Virus record (IMG/VR): IMGVR_UViG_3300045988_100580
Span: 17,594-81,593 of that record
Origin: a virus
Strand: one strand, 5' to 3'
Length of the DNA: 64,000 bases
Shown here: positions 1 to 10,800 of the stretch, piece after piece
How the letters are laid out: the number at the start of each line of letters is the position of its first letter
How positions within the stretch are numbered: the stretch's first letter is position 1
Position numbers and translations under genes: made by a program
Notes under the pieces: model-generated
What the model was told of the DNA's origin: nothing
The model's input: only the letters and a program-made list of their open reading frames with translations
The model's database searches: none

Positions 1-90
1 AAAGAAAGCGAAGAAGATAAGAAAATGGCTTTGATTAATGCCGTGCTTCCCAATATACAGCTTCGCATTAAAGGCGTTACCGAAAATTAA
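1..90 (+). CDS. 3' end of an upstream CDS, truncated by the window edge (…KESEEDKKMALINAVLPNIQLRIKGVTEN*)
   Basis: Open frame from position 1 to TAA at 88-90; the start lies outside the window. Confidence 0.4.
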   Translation, partial: KESEEDKKMALINAVLPNIQLRIKGVTEN

Positions 91-124
91 AAAAAGATTG
101 TTTTTTTTCTTCATTAATAAATAG

Positions 125-196
125 AAGCCGGATTTGAGACTCGTTACACGGATACCGAAGGTTGAAGAACGATATCAAGATAATCCGGCTTTTTTG
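125..196 (+). terminator. Long-range inverted repeat AAGCCGGATT (125-134) / AATCCGGCTT (182-191) followed by a T5 run; possible terminator of the upstream gene
   Basis: 10-bp perfect inverted repeat with a 47-nt spacer (inner CGGATACCG mini-hairpin), then TTTTTGTGTG. The loop is longer than in a typical intrinsic terminator. Confidence 0.3.
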
Positions 197-351
197 TGTG
201 ATTTCGTGAAGGATGGAACTATCATCGCCTTGGTTTAACAGAACAGACCTACGTGCTTCCACTGTCCTGACGGTCATGGACGCTCGTCTCGCCTACTTCC
301 TGCCTAATTCTCCACTGGCTACCTAATATAACTATTAACGTCACTCCATCA

Positions 352-374
352 CCTATCTCCCTTCAGTCGATAGG
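352..374 (+). promoter_or_regulatory. Hairpin H1: stem CCTATC/GATAGG, loop TCCCTTCAGTC, followed by TTCAGTCG and T6
   Basis: First of three hairpins sharing an 11-nt loop with different, self-complementary stems. Seen directly in the sequence. Confidence 0.5.
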
Positions 375-409
375 TTCAGTCGTTTTTTAAATGTTATACG
401 TTCTTTCGC

Positions 410-430
410 ATCGTTCCCTTCGGTCACGAT
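410..430 (+). promoter_or_regulatory. Hairpin H2: stem ATCGT/ACGAT, loop TCCCTTCGGTC
   Basis: Same loop as H1 and H3 with a covarying stem; followed by ACTCAATC then TTTT. Confidence 0.5.
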
Positions 431-502
431 ACTCAATCTTTTAACACAATTAGGCAAACAATACAATAGACGGAAAAAGTAATTTGTCAATCCGTTCACT
501 CA

Positions 503-525
503 CTTAACTCCCTTCGGTCGTTAAG
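503..525 (+). promoter_or_regulatory. Hairpin H3: stem CTTAAC/GTTAAG, loop TCCCTTCGGTC
   Basis: Same loop with a covarying stem; followed by TTCATTCAC. Confidence 0.5.
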
Positions 526-749
526 TTCATTCACTGTAAACAATTATATGAATAAATGGTAAAGTATATAAAATAATATAAATAATATAATGAGTAAGAT
601 CATTGAAAATGGTCTTAATATTAAGGAAAACGGAGACTATTCATAGGCGTAGTTTTAATTCAAGATTTGTTGTCCCACCCCTGAAGGTCAGGAGGTTACG
701 TTCAGAACCGTTTTCCTGTCTCTTATCCAAACCGTCATAAAATAAAAAA

Positions 750-804
750 CCTTGTATCCTATTTCTCTCAAACCGGATACAAGGCAGTGCATTTTTTTCT
801 TTTT
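750..804 (+). terminator. Stem CCTTGTATCC (750-759) / GGATACAAGG (775-784) with T-rich tract at 792-804
   Basis: 10-bp perfect stem with a 15-nt loop. The T7 run starts 7 nt after the stem, which is not an ideal spacing. Confidence 0.35.
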
Positions 805-815
805 ATGTAAAATCA

Positions 816-823
816 TATATTTG
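816..823 (+). promoter_or_regulatory. Bacteroidota sigma-A -7 box TATATTTG (consensus TAnnTTTG), 19 nt upstream of ATG 843
   Basis: Exact match to the TAnnTTTG consensus in the right position relative to the first gene of the rightward block. Confidence 0.5.
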
Positions 824-842
824 CACTAAATACAAAAACAAC

Positions 843-1862
843 ATGAAGACAAAAATAACTGAAATAATGAATCCTCACAAGTTACACGACAAGCTCTTCA
901 AGAAAGAGCAGGTCTCTCCGATAGAAGTTATATACAATAGCTTCAGCAACTTAGGGTACAATGTAGTACGCCGTCCATCCGGTCAGTGTTTAGGCAATTT
1001 GAGATATTTTAATCTATTTTATGACAAGCATACTCATCATTTCTATCAGAAAGACAGGAAGTTGAGATATTGTAGCAACTTTCTCATATCTGATTACTGG
1101 AAAGATAGAGTGCGATGTTTCATAGTTTGGAACTTTGGCTTTGGAAGATTCTTTCCGTACAATGACTTTATTGAGGCTATGGTTTACGACTATCTCCGAT
1201 ATGGGAGAAAGTCAGTTCCTTATCTTAAAAGCGTGCAAGAGGCTGAAGAAAAGTGCGTAAGGTTCTATATCCGGTCTCAGATAGATATGCTCCGTAAGGA
1301 AGGATATGCTGCATATCGGGCTAAGTTTAAGGAAGAACGTCCTCAGTATTTCATCGGAGACGATAGGACGGTGTTTAGATGCCTTGACAGCTCTTTGAAA
1401 AGAGAAGAGAAGATTGCTGCATGCGTAGCCCACAAAAGGGCTTTAAAAGAAGGGATAATGACTTCCTTCATCAATCACCTTAAGAAACATCCTACCACTT
1501 TATATTCGTGGTTCTCGTCAGAGGTAGATAGCGAAGGAAAGAATAGGCTCTGTCTATCTGAAAAGGCTGTTTCGTATTTGAATAAGAGACTGGTTCGCAA
1601 TGGGTTAAAGTCTCTTTCTGCATCATATCTTTTTAGAACGTTTAGAAAAATGGTGAAGATCTTGTTCGGTTCCAATGTCAGGTCGTTTTTGAATAGCTGT
1701 CTGATGTCTGTTTCAACAGAAGAGGTTTTAACCAAATCTATGAAGAAAGTAGTTTCCAAGACGGTGCTGTTTTTGTACAAGAGAGCGCTTAAGAACTATC
1801 GCCGGGCATGCGGTCTTAAGTACGACCCTGATTCGGGCGGTTTGTCTGCCGTACATGATTGA
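843..1862 (+). CDS. Hypothetical protein, very basic (K/R-rich), 339 aa
   Basis: Long ORF preceded by a -7 promoter box. No motif recognised. A tyrosine-recombinase reading was considered and not supported. Confidence 0.6.
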   Translation: MKTKITEIMNPHKLHDKLFKKEQVSPIEVIYNSFSNLGYNVVRRPSGQCLGNLRYFNLFYDKHTHHFYQKDRKLRYCSNFLISDYWKDRVRCFIVWNFGFGRFFPYNDFIEAMVYDYLRYGRKSVPYLKSVQEAEEKCVRFYIRSQIDMLRKEGYAAYRAKFKEERPQYFIGDDRTVFRCLDSSLKREEKIAACVAHKRALKEGIMTSFINHLKKHPTTLYSWFSSEVDSEGKNRLCLSEKAVSYLNKRLVRNGLKSLSASYLFRTFRKMVKILFGSNVRSFLNSCLMSVSTEEVLTKSMKKVVSKTVLFLYKRALKNYRRACGLKYDPDSGGLSAVHD

Positions 1863-1930
1863 TTTTTAAACGTATCCCATAACGTTGGATTTTCTCGTTC
1901 GTTTCTCTTATCTTTGTGAAAAAAGATAGT

Positions 1931-4771
1931 ATGAAATTACGAATCATAAAAAATCGTCCGATATTCGCTCCTGGCGGTAGTGTTCAGGATAAGAAACAGG
2001 ATATTAATGTATCCTCTACTCAGTCTATTCTTGATTATGGAACGCCTGTTAATAAATGGGGTGAATCTGATATTCAGAATATATATATGCCTTCTGATGT
2101 GATTTTAGAAACAGAGGAGGGGGAGATAAATCCATTTAGTAGTATGCCTACATCCGATCCGTTTTTTGAAAACAATGATGCAGGATATGCAGGATATCTC
2201 GCTGATAATAGGGGTATGGTTAAAAACGTAGAGAAATCAGTCGTTGATAATACAATGAATGTAGGTGGTGTTGATGCTGATTCCTCTAAAGAAAAACGTT
2301 CCCAAGATGGTAATCCTCTTGATCCTATGACTACCCCATATTATTCACCCGATCTAACCGGCAGAGCTCAAATGTTCGGTACAAGTCTTGGCCGGATAAG
2401 AGCCGGTAATAAGGTCGGTGCTAATGTGGCTCAAGCTGCCTTGTCTGGTGTTAGTTTAGGATTAGGTCTTACCCGTAATATCATGGGAGCTTCATCTGCT
2501 GCGTATGCAGCCAGCAGAGACGAGCAGGCAGCGAGGGAAAAACTTGCCAAGGAGCGTCGTCAGCAATTCATCAAGTGGGAACGTGAAGGTGGTGGCGTGA
2601 ATTTAGGTAACGGTCAGAAGATGGATACGTCTGATATGACCGGCGAATATATTTATCCTCTTCCCAAGTCTATGGAAGATGCTGCGAATGTAGAGATAGA
2701 GAAAGGCGAGTACGTGCTGACTCCTGACTCCGTAGGGCCTATGGAAGCCAAAGGGAACAGACATGAAAATGGTGGCACTCCGGTTGATTTGCCAGAGGCT
2801 TATATTGTTTCCGATTATCGTAAGATAGATGATGAGTTTGCCTCTTACGTTAGAGAAAATTATGGTATTAAGGCAACGTCAAAAGATACATACGCTACAC
2901 TCCTTGATCGATATAAGAAGAAGATTGGTTTGTCTGATAAGTACGAAGATCAGGAGCGTGTATATAAGAGATTAGATAAAAATGAAGATGTAAAAGACAA
3001 AAACACATCTAATCTTAATGCTTCTATTCTTTCCAAGTACGTCAATGAAAACCAGAAAGAGATAGACGAGCTTGAAGCACAATTTCGTTCTTTCGCTGAA
3101 ATCGTTTATGGCAAACAGGAAGAATCTAAGCGTAACGAGAAGATGGATGCTTTTTTCAGGGATGGCGGGGTTGTTGATCTGAATCAGGTAAAGAAACAAG
3201 CTAAGGCTTTTAATATTGCAGAATCAGATGCTAAGAACTGGATATATGACGAGTATGTTAAGCAAACCAGAAAAATGGCTGAAGGTGGACCTACTCAGAA
3301 GGAGCTGGAGGAACTTAGAAAGAATGCTATCGGCTACAATAAGCTTATCAATCAGTTATTTGGACGAACTCTTAATATGACTGTATCTGATGTTAGTGGT
3401 CGTGAGCAGATTCTTAATCCTGATTCCAGTGTCAATGCCAACCAGAATCTCCAACATAGAAGCAATTTAGGATACGGCAGGGTAAATGATAAGGCGGTAT
3501 CTAATTTGCTCGACATAAACCGATGGGCTAACAAGTACAATACGGATGGTGATTTTGATACAGAAGGTTTCCAGAAAGGATACAACAGGCAATTAAATGC
3601 ATTGTGGGCGTTAGCTGATGTAGGCGCTATTACGAATGCTGATGCAGCCAAGAAATTCAGAGATGAATACGGATTCTGGGGCCAGGACGCCGGAAGCTAC
3701 GGAGGGAATCAGGCTTATAATTCATTTGCCGTAGATGATAAGTTTGGTCAGACAACAGCTACTCGTTCTTATTATGGGTTGGACGTTGTTTCGGCAGAGC
3801 AAAAAAGATTGTTAAACGAAAAAGGGATAAAGAATTATGTTGACTTATTTGGTGATAAATCTGATGCCGCTAAGAAGATTCTGGGCTCCGATTATAATAA
3901 GTTTGTTGCTTTAAGAGATAGTGGGTTAATGCCGGAAATAGACTTCGTTCTTGAGTCTGTTAAACCAGAAATGAAGCCTATTGAGGCCGGTCCCATAGCA
4001 CCAGGCCTTACACCGCCTAAGATTGGATCTACTGGAAGGATAGAGGTAAAACCGAAAGCAAGTACGCCTACGACTGCAACCGACACCGATACAGAGGAGG
4101 TGGTTGAAGACAACGGACCTAAAGGACAGGGCAGACCGGCGGCGTTCGTTCCTATTTTCCCGGAGATGCTGAGAACGCTCGATACAGGCTTGGAGATAGA
4201 AGGTCTGGAAAGGCATCAGGCTCCGAGAATAGACCCGGTTCTTCAATCTGCTGATCAGTATATCAACGAGCTCAACCGCGCTACATCGGCTCAGTTGGAC
4301 GCAGTAGGTGACGTGCCCGACTCCCAGCGCTCCGCTATTCTGGCTAATATGAACGCCATAGCCGGAAGCAATATAGCCAAGTACATTAACGAAGTAAATT
4401 TCAATAATGCAAGGCAAATAAACGAAGCTGATAGATTCAATGAAATGGCTTATGTTCAGACAGACGATAAGAACATAGCGGAAAGGCAACGTTACGAATC
4501 TGGGTTATTGAAGGCTATGGCTATAAGGGATGAAAATCTTGCTCGTTATTATGATAGCATAAACAGCGAAATACAGAATAAGTTCAATGTTCGTACATCG
4601 TTGAATGCCATAGCTTCCATAGCTCCGAATATGAGAATGCTTCCAAGTGGCCAAATTATTTACGTTCAAGGTAATCAGGATGTGATGAATATGGGTGATT
4701 ATTCTACACCTTACTTGAGAAGTTTAAATGAAGAAGATGACGAAAATAAAAGAAGAAGGAGGACCAAATAG
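1931..4771 (+). CDS. Large protein (about 946 aa from ATG 1931; the ORF track starts at GTG 1916), putative virion/ejected protein
   Basis: Uninterrupted 2.8-kb ORF with a Gly/Ala-rich N-proximal segment and a basic KRRRR C-terminus. Its stop overlaps the next start (TAGTG). Confidence 0.6.
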   Translation: MKLRIIKNRPIFAPGGSVQDKKQDINVSSTQSILDYGTPVNKWGESDIQNIYMPSDVILETEEGEINPFSSMPTSDPFFENNDAGYAGYLADNRGMVKNVEKSVVDNTMNVGGVDADSSKEKRSQDGNPLDPMTTPYYSPDLTGRAQMFGTSLGRIRAGNKVGANVAQAALSGVSLGLGLTRNIMGASSAAYAASRDEQAAREKLAKERRQQFIKWEREGGGVNLGNGQKMDTSDMTGEYIYPLPKSMEDAANVEIEKGEYVLTPDSVGPMEAKGNRHENGGTPVDLPEAYIVSDYRKIDDEFASYVRENYGIKATSKDTYATLLDRYKKKIGLSDKYEDQERVYKRLDKNEDVKDKNTSNLNASILSKYVNENQKEIDELEAQFRSFAEIVYGKQEESKRNEKMDAFFRDGGVVDLNQVKKQAKAFNIAESDAKNWIYDEYVKQTRKMAEGGPTQKELEELRKNAIGYNKLINQLFGRTLNMTVSDVSGREQILNPDSSVNANQNLQHRSNLGYGRVNDKAVSNLLDINRWANKYNTDGDFDTEGFQKGYNRQLNALWALADVGAITNADAAKKFRDEYGFWGQDAGSYGGNQAYNSFAVDDKFGQTTATRSYYGLDVVSAEQKRLLNEKGIKNYVDLFGDKSDAAKKILGSDYNKFVALRDSGLMPEIDFVLESVKPEMKPIEAGPIAPGLTPPKIGSTGRIEVKPKASTPTTATDTDTEEVVEDNGPKGQGRPAAFVPIFPEMLRTLDTGLEIEGLERHQAPRIDPVLQSADQYINELNRATSAQLDAVGDVPDSQRSAILANMNAIAGSNIAKYINEVNFNNARQINEADRFNEMAYVQTDDKNIAERQRYESGLLKAMAIRDENLARYYDSINSEIQNKFNVRTSLNAIASIAPNMRMLPSGQIIYVQGNQDVMNMGDYSTPYLRSLNEEDDENKRRRRTK

Positions 4772-7700
4772 TGGCTTCACAGTATAGTATTTTAAGGCAA
4801 TATGCCCCGTATGTTAGTCCTTACAACATAGATCTTGTTAAGGACGTCATGATGTACAAACAGCGGAAGGTTGATGCTGCTCGTGAAAAGATCTATACCC
4901 AGGTAGATTATCTTATGGGTCAAGAGATAGATAAGCCTGAAGCCCGCGCTTATATGGAAGATAAGATGTCAGGTGTGATTGCTAACATCAATCAAAAATT
5001 CAAAGGCGTGGATCTTTCTTCTGATGGTGTTACGAGAGCCATACAAGGAGAGATCAGTTCGGTGTTGGATGATACGGTCATTAACGCTATTGCCGGCACA
5101 AAAGAAGGCAGGAGGGTTATGAAGGAAATAGAATCTATAAAACAGAATCATCCTGAACTTTATTCTCCTATTAATGAATGGCATGCTTTGGACCCTTATT
5201 ACAAATGGAGGTCAGATGGTAAAGCAGGATCAAGGTTGGGAGGTCTTCATTATTCTCCTTATGTTGATTATACTAAGGAGATAAATAAGCTGGTTAGTGA
5301 CTTTAGGAAAAACAACGAAGGCAAGAAGATTCAGACAACAGAATATGATGTTAAAGGTAATCCTACTGGTGGAATCATAGAAGTCAACGTAGATGAGCTT
5401 ACTGATTCCCAGATAAGGAATTTTGTGTCTGCTAACTTATCTGAAAACATGAGGAATCAGATGAGAATAGAAGCATCATACATGGCAGCTACCAATCCGG
5501 TGTTCAGTAATCCGGATTTGGTTAGTCAATACATTGGGTCTTATGTCGAAAGATACGATAGGCATATAGGAGCATTGGAAGCAAAAAAGAAATCAGTAGG
5601 GGATAATAAGGATATTATTGATCGTATTGACAGTCAGATACAGGAAGCTAAAAATCAGAAAGCAGAAGCCAAGAGGGAGGCAGATATGATAATAGCTTCA
5701 TCAGATCCGGTAGCGGCTGCTAATTTTGTTGTTACCAATAATCTTTTCGATAAGATGGTTGATGCATGGAGATACGACAATACAAGTTTTGAAAGGAAGA
5801 AAGATGATCTTTATTTTGCAAGGTTGGCAGAGGATAGGGCTCAGCAAAAGTTTTTGACTGACAATGCCAAGTCTATGGTTGAAATATCATTGGCGAATGA
5901 GCAGCTTGCTCAGGCTAAGATTGAAACCGAATACATGCGTACTTACGGTTCCAAGATGGGCACTGAAAGCTCATCCGGAGGCACAAGAGGAGCAGGCGGT
6001 GTAGGAGTGCCGATGGCTCCTATGGACGGGCCTACGGCTATCAATTCTGGAACGGGTAAGATAGGATCTGTTAATTTGGCTAATATCCCTTATGAACAAC
6101 TCACATCTTCTTCCACAGAGCGTAGAGCAAATTTATTGAAATTATATAATTCATTATCTCCTACAGACAGAAGCAATATCGTTGCAGCATCATACGAAGA
6201 AGAAAAAACTGACCCAGGATTGTATGCTAATATGACTCCTGAAGAACGGATATATTCTTATTTAAAAAATAATGGAGGTCAGAAAAACGGATATTTCGGA
6301 CAAGGAAATAACAGATTGTCTGAAGCTTATGATGCTTTACTTCTTTCTGATTCTAAGGCAAATGGAGCTGCAAAGGCTATAAATAACATAACTGATTATC
6401 AAATAGATAATATAGTTACTAAAAAAAATAAGGATATTATCAGGAAAGTTCGTAATGCTAAGTTTATGAAAGGAAATTCTTTTATGAATCTTACCAATAC
6501 AGATGATAAGGCTGGAGCCTTCCTGCTCGCCACAGCCATAACAACTGGTGTATCTGATGCCGTAGGGTTCAGAGAATACATGATGGATCCTTCAAGAGGA
6601 ATAGATATTCTTAGTGCTATATCTCCGTCATTAGGAGCTAAGGTGAGTGCCGGCAAGTTGGGGAAAAACATATCTGATGCTATTACAAGCGAGAATAATG
6701 GTTCTTCTACTGGTACATTGGCTCTTATTAATGGAATGAAGAAACTCAATGGCGATCCTGATTTTAATATATCTGATTATATGACCATAGATAAGGATGG
6801 TGATATAGATTTAAAAGATTATCAGGAAGGTGAACCATTGACTATTACCCAGCTAAGATATGCTGAGAAAAACAGTAGGGTGTCTGATATGATAGCAAGT
6901 CAGATGCAGGATGAGATAAAAATGTCTGTATCTCCCGATCAGATTTCTGATAAGTTATCTCAGTATCATTACCTTGATTCTTACAAAAGATACAATTGGA
7001 ATGCCGATTCGCCGGAAAAGTCTTTGCAGAAGGCTCAGTTTAGAAGATTGTCTGGTTACATGGCAGGAAAGGTAAATAATCTGGATCCTACTGCTATTAA
7101 TGCCATTAATATGGATACCGAGATAGATAATGGCACCGTTAGAAGATTCTTGACTGCTCAAGTAGGTTCCGGTAAAAATTCTTATGTTACAGAAAGGGTT
7201 GAGATTACGAATGACGAGCTTCTTAAGGCGGGTATAGATCCTTCGGTCGAGGAGCGCAATTATCCGGTAGATGGCTACAAATCAAGTTTTGAAACCTGTG
7301 ATTTTGTAGATACCGGAAAGAAGGAAGGTTATTCTTATGATAAGTATCTTATACGTAATGGCCTTCCTCGTTTGGCTTCTAAGGCTGATGTTAAGAATGA
7401 TCTTTATGATATAGTAAAGGTTCATGGTTCTTACCTTAAGCCAGAAGAAATGAATGTTGTTAAAGCCCTTGTTGATAATTTTATTGACATGTCTGATAAT
7501 ATATCAGTTCAGTTGGAGGGAATGGACGATAGGGGTTCAAGAGAGGTAGCGGTCAATTTCTATGACAAAAGGACTAAAAATTCTAAAAATCCTGCATTGT
7601 TGTTCTCGGATTTTGTTCCTTTGGATCCAGGTAATGATGAGTATGCGGATTACTGGAATAGCATTCACCAGAAGTGTCCTCAGTACTTCTTTGTAAAATA

Positions 7701-7830
7701 CGTGAAGGAGGCTGTTCAAGAACGTCTTGATCAGATGAGGGATCCGTATATGAGAGGAATAAATATCACGCCCAACATGAATGACAAGTTTAGTAAGTTG
7801 AACGATTTTTTGCAGAAAATTTATGGCTGA
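4771..7830 (+). CDS. Large protein, 1019 aa, GTG start overlapping the upstream stop; putative virion-associated
   Basis: 3-kb ORF. AGAAGGAGGA lies 8-17 nt upstream of the GTG. Translationally coupled on both ends (TAGTG and ATGGCTGA overlaps). Confidence 0.6.
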   Translation: MASQYSILRQYAPYVSPYNIDLVKDVMMYKQRKVDAAREKIYTQVDYLMGQEIDKPEARAYMEDKMSGVIANINQKFKGVDLSSDGVTRAIQGEISSVLDDTVINAIAGTKEGRRVMKEIESIKQNHPELYSPINEWHALDPYYKWRSDGKAGSRLGGLHYSPYVDYTKEINKLVSDFRKNNEGKKIQTTEYDVKGNPTGGIIEVNVDELTDSQIRNFVSANLSENMRNQMRIEASYMAATNPVFSNPDLVSQYIGSYVERYDRHIGALEAKKKSVGDNKDIIDRIDSQIQEAKNQKAEAKREADMIIASSDPVAAANFVVTNNLFDKMVDAWRYDNTSFERKKDDLYFARLAEDRAQQKFLTDNAKSMVEISLANEQLAQAKIETEYMRTYGSKMGTESSSGGTRGAGGVGVPMAPMDGPTAINSGTGKIGSVNLANIPYEQLTSSSTERRANLLKLYNSLSPTDRSNIVAASYEEEKTDPGLYANMTPEERIYSYLKNNGGQKNGYFGQGNNRLSEAYDALLLSDSKANGAAKAINNITDYQIDNIVTKKNKDIIRKVRNAKFMKGNSFMNLTNTDDKAGAFLLATAITTGVSDAVGFREYMMDPSRGIDILSAISPSLGAKVSAGKLGKNISDAITSENNGSSTGTLALINGMKKLNGDPDFNISDYMTIDKDGDIDLKDYQEGEPLTITQLRYAEKNSRVSDMIASQMQDEIKMSVSPDQISDKLSQYHYLDSYKRYNWNADSPEKSLQKAQFRRLSGYMAGKVNNLDPTAINAINMDTEIDNGTVRRFLTAQVGSGKNSYVTERVEITNDELLKAGIDPSVEERNYPVDGYKSSFETCDFVDTGKKEGYSYDKYLIRNGLPRLASKADVKNDLYDIVKVHGSYLKPEEMNVVKALVDNFIDMSDNISVQLEGMDDRGSREVAVNFYDKRTKNSKNPALLFSDFVPLDPGNDEYADYWNSIHQKCPQYFFVKYVKEAVQERLDQMRDPYMRGINITPNMNDKFSKLNDFLQKIYG

Positions 7831-10800
7831 CAATAATATAGATAGATATAATCCTGCTGCTAAAACCACTTACGAAGATGTGGCAAGGCAAAGAAAATTA
7901 GCCGAAGAAGAGAATTATACTCCGGCTACACTACCAGAGACGACAACGCCTCTGGTTCCTAATTATATGCCTGGTGAAGGTGTGTATGCCCAACCTAAAT
8001 TTCCGGATTACGCATCAAGGATAGCTGCTGCCGAATACGAAGAACCGTATATAGCCAAGGAGATAAGCAACAGCTACTCGGAGGCACTGGCTCGTAACAG
8101 CTACAGGGGGGCTACACCTGCCCCGCCGCCTCTTAATCCCTATGGACCAAAGGTAAGTATCCGTGAAAGTCATCAGATGGGTAATGATGGGGTATGGCGT
8201 ACAAAATATCCCAACTATATTCCGGGTATAAATAATGAGGATTATTATGCCAGGAGACAGAGCGGGTGGAGTAAGTTTTGGAATGGTGTAGGTAAATTCG
8301 CTTTAAAGTCTGCATTGTACGGTGCGCAAGGAGTTGTGTCATTGCCTGACAAACTTATCAATATGGCATCTGAGGGAAGTTACAAAGCTGCGTTAAACAC
8401 TAACATGGATAAGTTTGTAGGTGATCTTGACCAGCAAATAGACATGCTTCTTCCCCATTATTACAAGAAAGAGGTAGAAGATTATAATTTCGGTCAGAAG
8501 CTTTTTAAGGATACCGGTAATTTCTTATGGAATGATGTCCTTGGTAACGGTATGTCTTTTACCGTAGGAGCCATGATATCAGCGTACATGACCGGAGGAC
8601 TTGGAGTTGGATCATTGGGCAATATAGGTGCTAAATTAGGTGGAAGAATCGGAGCTAAGTTGGCAGCAAGGCAAGCTGCCAATAGGGGCATAGGAAGCCT
8701 TAAAAGCGTGTTTAACGACTATGTAAGAAAAGGAGTTGCCACCGGAAGAAATGTAGGGGAGGCGGCTAAGACCATGACGTTGTTGGCTACCAGTGCCGGA
8801 TTCGAGTCATCGGTTGAAGCAAATTCTTTTATGAAGCAATCCGAGTCTGATTTCAAGGATTATTATCGTAAGATTTATGGTCGTGATCCCAATGCAGAGG
8901 AAATGGCTGTTTTTCGTAATTCTAATGCTGATGTAGGTAGTGCTATATTTGCCGCCAATATGGGTATAGTAGGATTATCCAACTGGCTTCTTTTCGGTAA
9001 GTATATAGGGTTAGGAGGCAAGGCTATACCTGGGTTGGAAAAGAAGCTCAACAAGCATTTATTTGGATTAGGGACGGAAGTTGCGAAGCCGGGAGAGATG
9101 GCTATTAAAATAACCAATCCCAATATAGGACAGAAGATAGCAGGCAATGTTTTCAATATCATGAAAAGACCGGTATCTGAAGGATTATGGGAAGAAGGAT
9201 CTCAAGGTGCTGTCCAGAATACGGCTGAGGAATATGTTAAGTCAAGATATGATAATGTCGCCATGAACGGAGCCGTTGATGTTCTTGATGCTATTTCTGA
9301 AGGGTTTAAAAAGCAATATACGTCTAAAGAAGGATGGACTGAAATAGGAATCGGTGCTATTATCGGTTCTTTGTTCGGTATGAGGGAAGGCTTCTTTGGG
9401 GTGAAAGAGTATAGCAATAGTCAGATCTTGCTGGAAAGGCAAGTAAATGAATATAACAAAGCATCTTCTAATCTTAATACGGCGGCTTTGAATACGTTGA
9501 AAAAGTCAATGAGTTTAGGGCCTCAAGTTCGTTCCGATGCTCAGTCTATGACCGGCAAGGAGCTTGATGATGCAATGTTTGAAAAGATGTCGATTGACAA
9601 CCAAATGGGAACCTTAGAGGATTCGGCTGAAAATTTCAGGCAGATGGTTGATATGATGCCTATTTCGGAAATAGCCGAAGCCAACGGAATATCTTTGGAA
9701 GAGGCAAAGAAATACAAGGATTCTATTATTGATAATTATAATAATCGTCTTTCGGATTTCAGATCTGCCCAGAGTTTTGCCGAAGATCTTATAGGTGATG
9801 ATTCTAAGATTGAGTTTAGAAAATACGTGGCTCGTAATGCTTTTCTTGGCCTTCAATCAGAATCAAGGATGAAAGACATAGCTTCTGTCATAGAAACGCT
9901 TTCGGGTCAGCCTCGCGTGGCATATGCACTAAATACGTTCTCCCGGCTGTCAGACAGGGCAAGGGAGCGGGCGATGGCTATCCGTGGCATACGGTCAAGG
10001 ATAGAAGAACTTGAATCCGAAATAGAAGATCTTGCTACCCGCCCTCGTAACGTAGAAGGGAAAGATCCACAAGCTGAATCCATACAACGAAAAACCAAAG
10101 AATTGGAAAGTCTTAGAACCAATTATAACAATTCGTTGTCTGAGTTATCAACGTTAATAGGAAAAGAGTTTTCGATAGAAGAGTTGGTAAGTAAAACCGA
10201 ATCTGTTTTATCATCGCCTCTTTCTCCCATAAGTTCACAAGATGTAATAGAAGCCTATGATACGCTTGTGGCTTTTGATGATTATTTTAATGTAAAATCA
10301 AGACAGGAAAAGAAGTTTACAGCCAAAGACAAAGCCATGAGATCCTTGGTAAACGAATACCGTAGGAGTTTGATGGATTATAGGAATATGAATAACTTCT
10401 TATCTAAGATGCTTGATAAAAGATTCTTAGCTGAGGAAAACAGGGGATTTTCAAAAGCTCTGTCTTCTCTATGGTCTACTCCTTATAAGGGGGATGACAA
10501 GGTTCCTGATTTTGCAGAGCCTAATAAAGTTGGTGAATATGACACTGATGAGGTAGTAGATCAAGCTGTGTCAGAAGGTAAGATTTCGGAAGACGAAGCT
10601 TGGACTATCAAGGCTTTTATGCATGCTCTTGATAGAGTAAGGGAAGATAGGATGAAGGAGACAGAAGATGATATAAAAGAGTCACCGCTTACGGAGTCTG
10701 TATCGGATGAAGATTATGAGGCTGCTATGGATAATCCTATTATGGTTCCGGTAGTAAGGCAGTCTATAATTGATAAACTATATACAGGGAATGCCGATCT

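Noticed and set aside
843-1862. Integrase (tyrosine recombinase) reading of the basic 339-aa protein
   Set aside because: No R…HxxR…Y catalytic arrangement is visible, and no att-like tRNA-integrated context is present.
3926-4489. Minus-strand ORFs inside the giant plus-strand genes (3926..4489, 6399..6749, 7537..7869, 13222..13617, 11690..12049, 24213..24560 and others)
   Set aside because: They lie fully within long, coherent plus-strand ORFs and have low-complexity, Ser/Leu/Pro-rich composition. They are antisense artefacts.
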